From Octopus sinensis (Eukaryota), in NCBI RefSeq assembly GCF_006345805.1, contig NC_043011.1:40870464-40934463 (forward strand): a DNA stretch of 64,000 bases, read 5' to 3'. The position numbers were made by a program, and so were the translations under genes. The notes under the pieces are model-generated. The model searched no databases, was not told the origin of the DNA, and saw nothing but the letters and a program-made list of their open reading frames with translations. This document shows, piece after piece, positions 23,099 to 36,700 of this stretch (the first letter of the stretch is position 1; each line of letters starts with the position of its first letter).

Positions 23099-25097
23099 TA
23101 CCACTCCTATACATATAAATATTGTATCAGACATTTTCTCAAAAACCGATTAAATAAACAAAAGAACAAACAAATTATAAGCCTGCAATAAAAACAATAA
23201 TATTTTAAAACCCAGAGAAATAAATAAAAGTAATAAATTGTTTTTTAAACTTGCTAATAGCTATAAATTGGAGGCAAACTTCCGGTTATTAACGACGTAG
23301 CCGTGACATGATGGCCCTTGAGAGTCACCAAACTCCTTTCTTTTCACAACTAAAAACTAAGACATTATACATATTTTAAAAACATAATAAATCAATTATG
23401 TCAATTTATAAACAAGATTATACATACATACATATATATACACACGCACGCGTGCGCGCACACACACATACACCGACAGACAGACAGACATACAGACACA
23501 CACACACACACACACATATATTCTAATCAATGAAGCTGTTTAGCGTGAACGCTGATGTTGCTGTGAGGGTAGGAAATTTGGTTTGTAATTTAGTGATTTT
23601 TAGGTTCGATGTCTCTAAGCGACGTCTTGGATATGTCGCTTCAACTCTAGCCTCTGGTTGTTCAAAATCTCGAGGGTTCGATTCAGTTGCATGGCAGCAC
23701 TTTAAGCAAGAGCATATATATATTTTTACCATATTTTCGGATTAGTTAACCCTATAAGAACTGCCCTAAACGTGCATGCTTGCTTACAGACTTTTAGTTA
23801 ACCTTCATTGCATACGTCCTGAATAAAAGAAAACTTTTTTCCAAAAGACCCTAGTTACTCAGGTTGTTGAAAAAATAATGGAAATGTGCATGATATATGA
23901 TGCCTGAACTTCAGAGAAATATGTCCTGCGTATCACACGTGAGTACAGGGCAGGATACAAAACAGGGCAAAGAATTAAAACTTTTTAGGTGAAATTTGAT
24001 CGTCGGAACCTGCGCGGAATCCAGCTCACAGACCGCTGGTGTTTGGAAGTGGTAGACCTAATCTCCTGCCGCATATCAAACCATCTCACCATATCACATC
24101 TGGCCTTTAGTAGAATATATTCTGTTGCATACATTGAAGCTAGACATTTGTTTGGGGAATAAAAAGTTTTTCTTAGCAAGTTAGTGATTTTAGGTCCGAT
24201 CTGATTCAACAACACCGACGATAAGTGTCTCCTATTATAACTTCGAGGTAACCAAACCATCGTGAGTTCGATCTCATTATTTGGAACTTTGAGTAAGTAG
24301 TTCACCATAGTTTCAGATTGGCTAACACCTTGTGGGTGAAATTTGATTGTTAGAAATTATGTAGAATCTGGCCAAAGGACTATTGTTTCGGAGTAGTAGA
24401 CATAATCTATTACCTTCTACCACTTGACCCCACTAACTCTTGAGTACCTTCAGTGGGATTTATTCCACAGCACGCATTTGGGCCAGACACTAGACTTGGG
24501 GATAACTTCAGTCCTTCCTCTCACTGACCCTGCTGCTGTCCTTCCTCGTTCGACTAAGTAAGCCATTAAGAAAGAAAAAAAACAAAGAAAAGAAAAACAA
24601 GCTAATTCCTCAAATCGTGTTGAAATGCTGAGGAATAATAATGGTTTAATATGGGCGAGACGCTGAATGAAATATTGCCAAAATACAATTCAAAAGAAAT
24701 TGGATAAGAAAATATTATTCGTGCTTCCTCACACAAAAGATATTGACATAGATCAATGTACAGCGTGATGACTTCTTAATAATAGAAAAAAAAAATGTTA
24801 CAGAATGTTCTGGAATCGGAACTGTGCTATTTACATAGTAACTTGAAAAAAGTTTGATTCTGTATGAAGAGTCGATATATGCGCGTCAGAAACAGGGAAA
24901 TTTTGATAAGTTGTGGTGTGTTATATCTTAAGCTATTTCCAAATTTGTACTTCAAAACAATATCGCATTTTATGATAAATAATATCTTCAATAATATTCT
25001 GATTTAAACAGAAATTAGAAATGATTTAAACATTTGAAGCATAAAAGAATATCAATTCAAGATATATTTATTTACCCGTATCTTTGTTACTTATTTG

Positions 25098-25131
<34 letters not shown>

Positions 25132-26599
25132 TCTCAAAGCGCCGGGTGTTAAAACATCTGTAAGTCATGGACAAGTGAGATAACCCACTTCTAATCCCAT
25201 CCATCGATGTTTCACCATTTTTGTGGCTTATCAATATCACGTACCTGAACAGGATCGGAGATGAATCATTTCGCCAGTCCGTGACTTATATGCATATCAT
25301 TAATTACACATTACATATAGAGCCATATCATTAATCATACATCAGATATAGCAATATATTAACATGTAATACGTGGTATCTTCAGTAACATATTTCAGTG
25401 GACATGGCCTCACTTCAAGCTGTGATGTATTAATGTTTCAGTCATATCCTGAATTAACAGATTTAACACCACTATACCTAAAGCTGTGATAGTTAGTCTC
25501 CCAAAAGCCTTCATTATTCCGTGTGTCTATTTGTAGGTTTTCTTTATTTGTTTCTCTAAACCTACGCCCCATGGACATTAACAACTGCACGGTTGATATA
25601 TACTATCATTGTTGTCAATTTGTTGAGAAGACTTGAATTTTAGTGAGGAAATCTTATTTACAAAGCCGTTAGATCAATTAATTTGTGAGGGCGGAATAAT
25701 TTCAAGAACGTCTGAAATGTTTGTAAAGGAAATCCAACTTCTCGATCCTTTCGAATGTATTCAAAGAATGATTTCCTCCGCTTCCTTTACGCTTTTCAAA
25801 ACCAACAACGAAAAGCCATTTTGTTGAAATGTCGGAAAAAGATAGGCTCCTGATTTCTAGAAAGTCAGCATGCCACACATTACTAGTAAATACACCAAGC
25901 ATAATTACTTACAACATGTCTCGCAGACACGACACTACTTTAGTATGAACATAAAATATTGCGAATCTAAGCTTTTAGGACTTTGTTAAATTGCAGCATT
26001 CCATTAAAGTTAATGCTTTGGAACTTCCGAACAATCATTGTCAATGAAGGAAACAAACATGAAAACATTTTCAGGATAAAATAAAATGTCACGAGTTAAC
26101 TTCGTGCTGTATTCCTGACATTGCATCGATCTTCTTCTTCTCATGCATCAGTTTAACTCTTTACCTTTATGTTATCCAATATGTCATTCCCAAGTCATTT
26201 TATTTGATCTATATTTTTACTTTCCTTATGTTTTTACTCTCCACAGTTACTTTGTTTTCACTAAAGAACTTATCCATTTATCTTGGTTTACGTTCTCAAC
26301 TTCTGTTCTTCCTTTTATCGAATCGACTTTTACAAACGTTCCCTTCGCATGACTTTAGAAAATAGCCACAGAAAAATCAACAAACAAAAACAAAAAGAAG
26401 CAGATTTTTTTTTATTCCAGCACAAAGTAATTTTGCGCAGTTCTACGCTATCCATATTTTATTGTCCCATCCAAAATGCATCTCTTTTTAGATATTTCCA
26501 TGGATTAGCGCCTCCTACCTTAAAAAAGTTATGAAAATGACTACATAAATTGAAAAATTATGTTTGGGTTTCTGATTTAGGCACAAGGTCGGCAATTTT

Positions 26600-27040
26600 G
26601 AAGGAAGAGTGTTAGTCGATACCATAGACCCCAATACTTGACTGGCACTTTACTTTGTCGACCCCCGAGGGATGAAAGACAAAGTTGATTTCGATTAGAA
26701 TTAAACACAGGAAGTGAAGATCCAGAACTACCGTAAGGTATTTTTTCTGTCCTCCTTACGAAGTACTTGAATGACACTCTATTTTATCGACCCTGGAGGG
26801 GTGAAAGGTAAAATTGCCCTCTGCTGGATTTAGACTCAGAACATAAAAAGCCGGAAAAATATCACAAGGCATTTTATCCGACGCCTTAACGAAATACTTG
26901 ATCGGTACTTTATTTTATCGACACCAGAGGAATGAAAGACAAAGTTGACTTCGGTGGCATTTGAACTCATAACGTAAAGAGCCGGAAGAAATATTACTAA
27001 ACATTTTTTCAACCACCGTAAAATTTTTGTCAATCCACCG
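26600..27040 (-). mobile_element. Old degraded SINE family A cluster (about 3 units)
   Basis: Repeated tttatcgac.ccggaggg.tgaaag.caaagttga motif. Confidence 0.65.
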
Positions 27041-27736
27041 CTCCGAGGATTTACGTAATGAAATATGCTGCAACATAAAACATAATATTGCTCACTGACA
27101 ACACAATATGAAATTCATATTGAAATCCTGATAGAGAATTTTTTTTAGAAAATATCTTTAAAATACAATTATTGTACGTTGTTTAAATATTTCATTTCTT
27201 AGAAAAACCATGGCACATCTAAATAATACCTCATTAAGATTCGCCACCCGTTTGCGAGTTCACAACGCTCCATAGCGGGCGCTACCTGCACACACTAAGA
27301 CCTGTATGTTTAGGACGATGCTATGGATTGTCTTTTCCTTTTCTTTAGTTTTTTTTACGGTAGAGTGTGTGGTTTGAGGGGGAATTTGCCTATTATTTCT
27401 AATTGCACATAAGAGCTACTTACTATTTAGAAACTCGTTCGGTAACTCGTTGGCAAGAGTTTGTAAACTAATAATCAAAAGAAAATAAAACGACTCAAAC
27501 AGACAACAACAACAACATCAGCAGCAACATCACCACCAACAGCAGCAGTATGTTGCTTCTCGAATGATGAATTACGATTTGGTTCTAATTTTATTTTGCA
27601 TTTTATAAATTTGGATTATTTTTTTCTCTCCCTTTCACATTACATTACAATGAAATGAGTTTTAATGACGGAAATGGCGTTAATGACGAAGCGCCTTTAG
27701 CGAACAATAATAATAATAATAATAATAATAATGATG

Positions 27737-27785
<49 letters not shown>

Positions 27786-28239
27786 TGATAAAAATGTGCA
27801 AACTTAAATAAATTAATAATGAAGAATTTTACCATAATTCCCAGGATAATTTCGTTACTGAAATAAGTAATGGTTCATTACAAAACAAACGAATGAATGA
27901 ATGAATGAATGAATGAATTGAATAATGTGTAAAATCAAAATAAATCTCTTGATAATATAATGAAAAAAAAAAGAAAAAGAAAATGAAGGAGTAAAGAAGA
28001 ATACAGTCACTCACCTAACATCGGAAAATGAATAATTAGAAACAGCAGTCAAACTATCTTCTAGCAATTACATCTTACTATCTTTCAAAAAGGAAACGAT
28101 ATAGGGTGGAGAGAAGCAGAAAGAATGCCTTGATGTAAAATGTGAAAAAAAAAGCCAAGAAAAATCACGAAAACAAACAAAAAACAATGTGAACACTATT
28201 GTACGTAGTTAATCATAGATCATTATCACAGTTGACCTT

Positions 28240-29110
28240 ATAAGGCAGCGAGCTGGCAGAAACGTTAGATCGCCGGGAAAAGCGCTTAGCAGTGCTTCGT
28301 CCGTCTTTACGTTCTGAGTTCAAATTCCGCCGAGGTCGACTTTGCCTTTCATCCTTTCGGGGTCGATAAATTAAATACCAGTTACGCACTGGGGTTGATG
28401 TAATCGACTTAATCCCTTTGTCTGTCTTTGTTTGTCCCTTCTGTGTTTATCCCCTTATGGGTAATAAAGAAATAAGAAAGGTCAGATCGCCCGGAAAAGC
28501 GCTTAGCGGTGTTTCGTCCGTCTTTACGTTCTGAGTTCAAATTCCGCCGAGGTCGACTTTGCCTTTCATCCTTTCAGGGTCGATAAACCAGTTACGCACT
28601 GGGGTCGATGTAATCGACTAAATCCCTTTGTCTGTCCTTGTTTTTCCCTTCTGTGTTTATCCCCTTATGGGCAATAAAGAAATGAGAAACGTTAGATCGC
28701 CCGAAAAAGCGCTTAGCGGTGTTTCGTCCGTCTTTACGTTCTGAGTTCAAATTCGGCCAAAGTCGACTTTACCTTTCATTCTTCTGGGGTCAAGAAATTA
28801 AATACCAGTGAAACACTTGGGTTAATGTAATCTACTAATGTCCTCCCCCTTCCCATATTTCGGGCCTTCTGCTTTTAGTTGGAAGGATTATTATAGCCGA
28901 CCTTAGAAGGCGGTGAGCTGGCAGAAAGTTTAGCAAAAAGATTAGCGGCGTTTCGTCTGTCTTAAGCGTTCTGCGTTCAAATGCCGCCAAAGTCGACCTT
29001 GCCTTTCATCATTTTGGGGGCGATAGAATAAGTACCAGTTGACTACTGGGGTTGATGTAATCACTTACCCTCCCCGAAATTGCTGGCCTCGTGCCAAAAT
29101 TTGAACAAAT
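28240..29110 (+). mobile_element. SINE family A trimer followed by a diverged monomer
   Basis: Units start at ~28242, ~28476 and ~28685; separate copy at ~28905-29110. Confidence 0.85.
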
Positions 29111-29561
29111 TATTACAACTGACCGTGAATTTATCACTTTTTGTGGTCTTGAGATTTCTACTGCTCTTTCTAGCACAACGCTTTCCTATTTGGAAGCCTC
29201 TTATTGTATTTCTATATGAATAATATATAGTCTAATGACTAATTCGTTTTTTGTGCTAGGCCACTGGTAATAATAATTTATTATTACCCTATTTTATTAT
29301 GTTTAAATATTGTTTGATAAATTTGTTCGAAATTTTATTACATTTATTCATATATAGTACATACATACACACACATATATGCCTGAAGAATTAACGTTGC
29401 TGGCACTTTAAGCATTTACATAATAGAATAGCTAAAATCATGCTTACGCGCGCCCACGCATATATACACCGCAACTGATATATAGGTGTGCGTCTGTCTA
29501 TGCAACTGGGTTTATGTCCTCCAGTGTAAACCAGTTTTTCCTTATATCAAACATCATGTAG

Positions 29562-29824
29562 CTACTCGAGAAAGAAAGAGCGTTAAGATTAATACCTGAC
29601 GAAGATCGATATAGACGGTGCCCCAGTATGAGCGCAATCCAGTCACTAAAACGAGTGCATGATAGTAGTAGTCGTGGTGGTAGTGGTGGGGCCTTGCACG
29701 GTAGCAACACGTCACGTCATCCACCATTTGTTGGTGACTCCCTACTATTTCTGGCAGATGACACCTTTGCCCCACTCAGGTCACAATCCTCCAAATCATG
29801 GGTCTGTTTGGGTGGTCATTGATG
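29562..29824 (+). other. Candidate exon in unique, CpG-richer DNA (frame and strand unresolved)
   Basis: Pyrimidine-rich stretch then AG at 29560-61; open frame LLEKERALRLIPDEDRYRRCPSMSAIQSLKR.. to 29822; GTGAGG at 29825; no recognised homology. Confidence 0.25.
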
Positions 29825-30342
29825 GTGAGGGTTTTTACGAGATCGGAGCGCAATTCATAACTCAACCTCTTTTAGTCGCTTTTTAATCGACACGCAGAGG
29901 AAACGTTGGATCTATTCTTTGACATGGCGGTCTCGACGCAGCATAACATGGCGATAAATAAGAATTTAAATTAAAAGCCAAACATTCCAAACACAAACCA
30001 TAGAAACTGAGTGGAACATGAAACATTAGAAGTCTTCTGTTTCACTGCGCATGATTCAGAAATTAATCCGTATATGAATAACACCATTAATTTTACTGCA
30101 AAAAGTAAACAGACGTGCTGACAGTCACGCCTATTAATCGCAAATATAGTGACGTAGCATATATTTCGGATCGTGCTTAGGATCACTGGGAACTTGTCTC
30201 TAAATAACCTCATCATTGATACTGTTGCTGTCGTTTAGCAACAATTAATGCGGCTTAAATTCCATGTCGTCATCCTTCACCGCGCATCAATGTGTGTACC
30301 AACTCCTCTCTTCTCCTCTTCGTCTCTTTGTGTTTGTTCGCT

Positions 30343-30410
<68 letters not shown>

Positions 30411-30551
30411 TGTATATATATATATATATATGTAAATATGCATATATATGTGCGTGTGTATGTATGTACGTATGTAAATATGTATATACACAGGAGGAGA
30501 GGGAGAGGGTAGAGAAAGTGAGGATGAGTCATGAATTTAACATATACATAC

Positions 30552-30602
<51 letters not shown>

Positions 30603-30747
30603 TGTATGTATGTATATATATATAATTCTTTTTCAATTCCCGAGTGTTATACTAATACTCCTGTTTGTTTTCTACACCACCTGTCTTCGTCTTTTGTTTC
30701 TTTTTGAATCCTCCCTATATATATATACGTATGTATGTATGTATGTG

Positions 30748-30788
<41 letters not shown>

Positions 30789-31129
30789 GTATAAACATAC
30801 ATACATACACTACATACATATGTACATACATATATATAGGCATGCATCCATACATCCATACATGCATATATACATAATACATACATACATACATGCATAC
30901 ATACATGCATACATACATACATGCATATAAGTATATTATAAGTAAAATGCAGAAAACATATTTGGTGTTTTATACTTCATAAAACATAACGCGTTTGGTC
31001 AAACTGAATGGTAGGATTACATATCAGCATGATCAAGATTATATAGGCAGTGCCTCAGCATGGGCGCTCTCTAAAGGCTGAAACATATAAAGATAAAATA
31101 TATTCCCCGGTGATTAGCAAAAAATGAAT

Positions 31130-31470
31130 GAGTGGTGAGGATGCGTGGCTTAGTGCTTCGGGTATTCAGCTCATAGTCGTAAGGTCACAAGTTCTAATCC
31201 CTGACGACGCGTTGTATCCTTGAGAATGATACTTTAAGTCATGTTGTTCCTGTCTATTCAGCTGGAAAAAAGTCAGTTGGACGTATAATTTAAAGAACCA
31301 GCCTCGTCACATTCTGTGTCGCGCTGCATCTGCCTAAAGAACTACGTTATGGGTGACGCGTGTCTGTGGAATACTGTGCTACTTGCAACGTTAATTTCAC
31401 GAGTACACTGTTCCATTGGTCGGTCGGATCAAATGGAATTCTCATCACCGCAACCAACGGAGTGCTAGGT
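31130..31470 (+). mobile_element. SINE family C
   Basis: Aligns to 11619-11938. Confidence 0.8.
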
Positions 31471-32289
31471 ATTCTTTTACAGCCCCGTGATGTAATTTAT
31501 CGAGTATGCTAGTGAAGCGGCAACGCATAGAGCACACTGTAGCAAGAAAAAGCAGAAATAAGACAGAAAGGCGAGGCCACACCCTTTCATGCATATTGGG
31601 ACACTTATGTACTCTCATAACCATTCACCTAGGTATCCTCTATGCTATGGATTGTGTCACTCCACTGCTACTGTTGACAATTTTCACAAAGGAAATGTAT
31701 ATTGGAGACTTAACATCATTCTTTGTAGTTTGCTAAACACTGAGAATAATACCTTTATAAAACTCTGTAATTCATAAGAATATATAATTTAGCAATTATA
31801 AAATCTTTCCAGTTAATTCGCCGAAACGCTTATATGTTTCATAAAGCATAAAACACCAAATAAGTTTTCTGTATGTTATTAATATTATGTGTCTAAAATT
31901 CCCCACACTTGCTTATCCTGTGCTATCTTAATTTGTGTTATCAAATAATTATATTTATAGGCTGTAGGGGTATTTAAATGATTATATTTGCATATCACAA
32001 GCAAATAAAATAATAAATGAAGAATAAACCATAATTCAAACCGACCAGCCAAGAACAAAGAGAAAAAGATAAATAAACATGAGATAAGAAAATAAATCAG
32101 TAGATAATAGGCGTAGGTGTAGTTATGTGGTAAGAAGCTAGCTTCCCAATGCGCATTCGTTGTTGTCAGTGTTGCTCGTACCACTGATTGAAGTCGCCAC
32201 GCTGGTTTGAAGCTGGTGAAATAGTGATTAAAAAAGAAGCTCAACTGCAAGGCAGAACTTTTGCTTTTTTGATCCAGTGGGGGGTTTGT

Positions 32290-33244
32290 TGTTTGCCGTA
32301 AATATTTTTTTTACAAACAAGAAGTCCTCAGTGGATTCTGGACTCGGGTCTGCCTACAGTTGAGTGAATAGTTTTTCTCACTTAATTGTGAGAAATGTTA
32401 TTTGGGGGGCGTATGTCGCTTCCAAAAATTTGTTCACAATTTGTGAGAATTGTTGTTTCCAAAATTTGTTCACTTTTAGCGAATAGTTTTTTCAAAAATT
32501 GTGAGAATTCACCGAAGATACAACTTATTTTACCAATTTTTGTGGAAGCTGTGTTCCAAGTTGTGGCGTTCCGGGTTCAAATTGGATTACAAAGTGGGTA
32601 TGGATTACCTAGTGACCGGAAGATTTTTTGCTTGTTGGTTTTTTTTCAACTGTAGCCTGTTTTCTTTTCTTCTTCTATCTTTTATTTGTGACTTTCTTTT
32701 TATTGAACTGTTTTCTTTTTTCTTCCTTCCTTTTTGTTGTGATTTCTTTTGATTTTTTTTCTTTTTCTTCCTTCTATATTTAAAAAAAAAATTATCGCGG
32801 ACTGTTTGAACTTTTTGTTTAAAAAAACATGGCAAAGAACAAGGACAATGTTTTGGAGTAGGAAATTGTACCACCCAAACAGTAGTTGAAAGACTTTGAA
32901 GAGAGGACGGTGGTATTGAGGACTTACTCCAAGTCGCTCGAAACCATCGCCCTAGTTGAAAAGACTGTTATCGAAAGGGAGTTGGCAGAGAATCTGCCGA
33001 CTATTAAATTCATCTCCAGGGGTTCAAATATGCAACGGTGTGGTTACTATTTGACCCCCGCCCCGAGGAGGCCCGCAAATTTGCGAGTCAGCCTTTGGAG
33101 AGCAAAGAGTTTTGTTCTTTCCCACGTATTGTGGGAAGCTGACAAGAGCTTGGGTCTGCGGATTGCCACCCGGGATAGAACCCAAGTGGATAGAGGAGAC
33201 TATCCGCCGGGGTTTGGGTGGCAGCGGAGCCAAGCTCCTCAATG

Positions 33245-33245
<1 letters not shown>
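32290..33245 (+). mobile_element. 5' portion of the same ORF1 retroposon family (T-rich leader plus ORF1 N-terminus)
   Basis: 33000-33245 aligns to 365-615 (RAWVCGLPPGIEPKWIEETIRRGLG vs RAWICGLPPGVEPEWIEDSIRRGLG); 5' boundary approximate. Confidence 0.7.
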
Positions 33246-33295
<50 letters not shown>

Positions 33296-34259
33296 TTTAT
33301 ATATGTTCTTTTTCGTTTTTGCTTGGGATATGCAAGCCTAACCATATAAATCCCTGGTTCTATGCATAAATTGTTGATAAAACAAGTTATAACAACAAAC
33401 GGATTTTATACACTGAAAAGTCGACGTTCGAATGTATTTGCATAATGATGCCTCAGGAATCTAGCATATATTATATACTATATAATAATAGAACAACATT
33501 CTTGAGATCGAATAGCGATGAAACAATTGTAAATTTATGTAATAAAATGACTTGCTCACTCCATTCTCCTTGTGAATATTTATATAAACTCATCAAATAT
33601 TTATGGATTTTCCGAAATATTACCTGTGAAACAATCAGTCTGCGATTTAAAGTCAAATGTTATAGCTTAATGGAATGACCTCAAGAACTAAAACCTGAAT
33701 GGAATTGATATTATAAATATAAGGATCATTAAATGGCGTTTAAAGTTTACAACATATAATACATTTCATTAGAAACCCATATATGGCGTTACAGCCCATA
33801 ACAGATGCCTGGTATTACTCAGATAAATCCATATAACTGAGTGAGCAAATATAAGAAGAAAAGAGTATATACATACACGGTCACACGCACATATACACAA
33901 ACATACATGTATATGTATGTATATATATATGTATGTATTGGTCATCAATCTTATTATTCATTTTGATTCATTTCAAATCATTAGTAATTTGCTAAATGAC
34001 CGCGGTGATGGAAAATTTATGTTCATTAGAATAGGGAAATGTCGGCAGGATTGTCGATTGTCTTCTAATAAATTACGATCTTAAATGAGATAGCAATAGA
34101 TCTAATAAAACCAATGAGAAACACACTTCCATATTGCTTGCTTCCAGCTATATTCGTCTCAATGAATTATACCTACAAGTTATGAAATCATAACTGTCTA
34201 TCTCTGTATCTGTTTGCCTATCTACCTACCTACCTACCTACCTCCCTCCCACCTATCTG

Positions 34260-34406
<147 letters not shown>

Positions 34407-34441
34407 TTCTTTTTACTTTCTTTCTCTCCCCTCTCTCATAT

Positions 34442-34536
<95 letters not shown>

Positions 34537-34537
34537 C

Positions 34538-34571
<34 letters not shown>

Positions 34572-34610
34572 TTGTATGTTTATATGTTTAGATATAATTT
34601 TTCATACATA

Positions 34611-34860
34611 CAGGGGTTGGACAAATTAATGGAAACACCTAGCATCATAGCATCATAATCTTGAAATATCTATAAATCCGTCAAAAGCTTGTTTATTTTT
34701 TGTTTTTTGATTTATTATTAGTGTTGCTTAACATGAATTGCTAAAATTGCTGTTGGTTTTCAGATATCACCAGAAAAAGGTAATTAAAATTCATTAACAT
34801 GACAGATCTATCGGACTTTCAAAGAGATGAAGTTGATGGTACTCGGATTTTAATAATTTT
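34611..34860 (+). mobile_element. Tc1-like transposon left end
   Basis: TA|CAGGGGTTGGACAAATTAATGGAAACAC; MTDLSDFQRDEVDGTR resembles the Tc1 N-terminal HTH start. Confidence 0.6.
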
Positions 34861-35319
34861 GTTGATAGTGACTTCAAAGTTGCGCCATGTCTTGTCCGAC
34901 TGCGAATCCTACCCAGATTTTAGTGTGTGAAGAGCGAAATCTAAGTAAATTTCTTACTCTGTCAAAACCGACCATTGAGGAAACTTGGAAGCCATTGTTA
35001 ATAAAACGATGATACGCAAATACGTGTGTGTGTGTGTGTGTGGATGTGTGTGCTTGTGTATACATATTTATATGTGTGTGAATGTGTGTGTTCATGTATG
35101 CATGGTATGTATATAAGTACACACACATGTTACCGTGATATACTTTTGCGACTGTTGTAAGTATACGCGCATTCGAACACATTCTTATACACACATATCA
35201 TATATATATATATACACATATATATACATACATAAAAACACACACATGTGTATTTATATTTATTTAAAGATGAATATATAGATACACGCACACACACAAA
35301 CACACGCACGTATATATGT

Positions 35320-35470
35320 ATATAGTTGAAACTTACAGAAAAACAAAAGACGAATATAGGTGTATAAACAACATGCAGGTGTATTATTATTTTGATTCTC
35401 GGGAAGGTGAGAGATCTTTTACGTTTCGAGCTTACGCTCTTTAACAGAAAGGAACACGATGAAATAAACA
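35320..35470 (-). mobile_element. Penelope-like terminal fragment with an HHR variant at 35415-35451
   Basis: CTTT|CTGTTAA-A-GAGC-gtaa-GCTC-GAAA-CGT-A^AAAGA; relative of 5390-5595. Confidence 0.55.
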
Positions 35471-35699
35471 TCCGTAAGTGTCGAACGATGAAAAGAAGTG
35501 CTCAACACTGCCTTGGTGAATAGAATGTCTTTATTTGTGAATTAAGCCTACCATTGGTTTCACATTAAGAAATGTAGGAAAATATCTTAGTGTCTTAACA
35601 ATTTTCCAAGCCGATCACATGGTTTTAGCTATGATGTTCCATTTTATCTGGCTTTAGCAATGATGATACTTATTCCAACTTCTTTCAATGTCCATGTGG

Positions 35700-35910
35700 G
35701 ATACGTAACTCCCAGATAAAATGGAACATCATCACTAAAGCCAAAAAAACTACAGGGGACGGGGTACCAAATGTGAACTTTGTATTACTGAAAAAACTGA
35801 ATATTATACAGTCAACAGACAACATTCTAAACATTAGGGATGAAGTCTTCTCTCCTTGCATACACAAGCAATATTTCACACTGAAATACTTCAAAGAAGA
35901 GCCACCATCT
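35700..35910 (+). pseudogene. Penelope-like element ORF C-terminus (distal to GIY-YIG)
   Basis: QIKWNIITKAK/NYRGRGTKCELCITEK/LNIIQSTDNILNIRDEVFSPCIHKQYFTL matches the PLE pattern W.I..KA..Y....C.LC..EK..I...LN.R.E....C.H; two frameshifts. Confidence 0.65.
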
Positions 35911-36299
35911 ACAACGCTAATCCCACCAAGATAGCCCCTCTCCTGAAAGTGAAATTTGAATATATATAACACACGAACTCCACATACAGAAGAAATACGC
36001 CCGCATGAGGAACTATCTCGTCATACAAGCATAAGAACATCACACCTAGAACAAATTTACCACACAGCTGTTTGCCCAATAGTTAAATCCAAGAGAGTCA
36101 ACCACTCCAAAGATGCCATCCAAAAGTAGCGACCTTTGATCCATTGTTTTATTCATGAGAATCTCCGCGAATTCAACGAGACTTTACGCTTTCCAAAAGG
36201 CAGACGAACAACTTTCCTCCGTGTGATTGGCTTCAAAAATTAAGACACTAGGATATTTTCAGTCTTTTTTAACATGAAACGCATGGTAGCCTTATATAT

Positions 36300-36700
36300 A
36301 TTTATATATATTATAAAATCCGTTCTGTCTGTCTGTGTGTGTGTGTGTGTCTCCTAAGATCTCGAGCATCCTCCATCCGATTGCACTCAAATTTGATATG
36401 TTAGATACCGACGGTATCAGGGCGTGTATAAGTCTTGAAAAAATTACAAAAATCGATTCCAGGTGAGAATGCGATCGATACAGCCGTGGGAACGTGCATT
36501 TGTACATGAAAGTACATCAGCTGTTGCGATGGATACTACGCGTAAGCGAGAAAAATGCACGTGCAGTTTGCGCAAAATGCCACAAAATGCAGTATATTTA
36601 AGAGACCAAAAAAGTAAGATGCAAAAGAGATATTTTCTTCAAACTTGGCATGATGGAAGGAAAGACGATTTGGTTTCTTAAGAAGTTTTTTTTTGCCTTA
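36300..36700 (+). mobile_element. Possible non-autonomous Helitron/Helentron-like fragment
   Basis: tatatatattataaaa..ctgtctgtctgtgtgtg..ccgattgcactcaaatttg organisation; single copy in the window. Confidence 0.35.

Noticed and set aside
23989-24557. Block bounded by ttttag| and |gtaagc; 107-aa minus-strand ORF
   Set aside because: Stops in all plus frames and no homology recognised; cannot be supported without RNA data.
25906-25936. Possible minus-strand micro-exon CRVCETC before GTAAGT
   Set aside because: Weak acceptor and too short to distinguish from chance.
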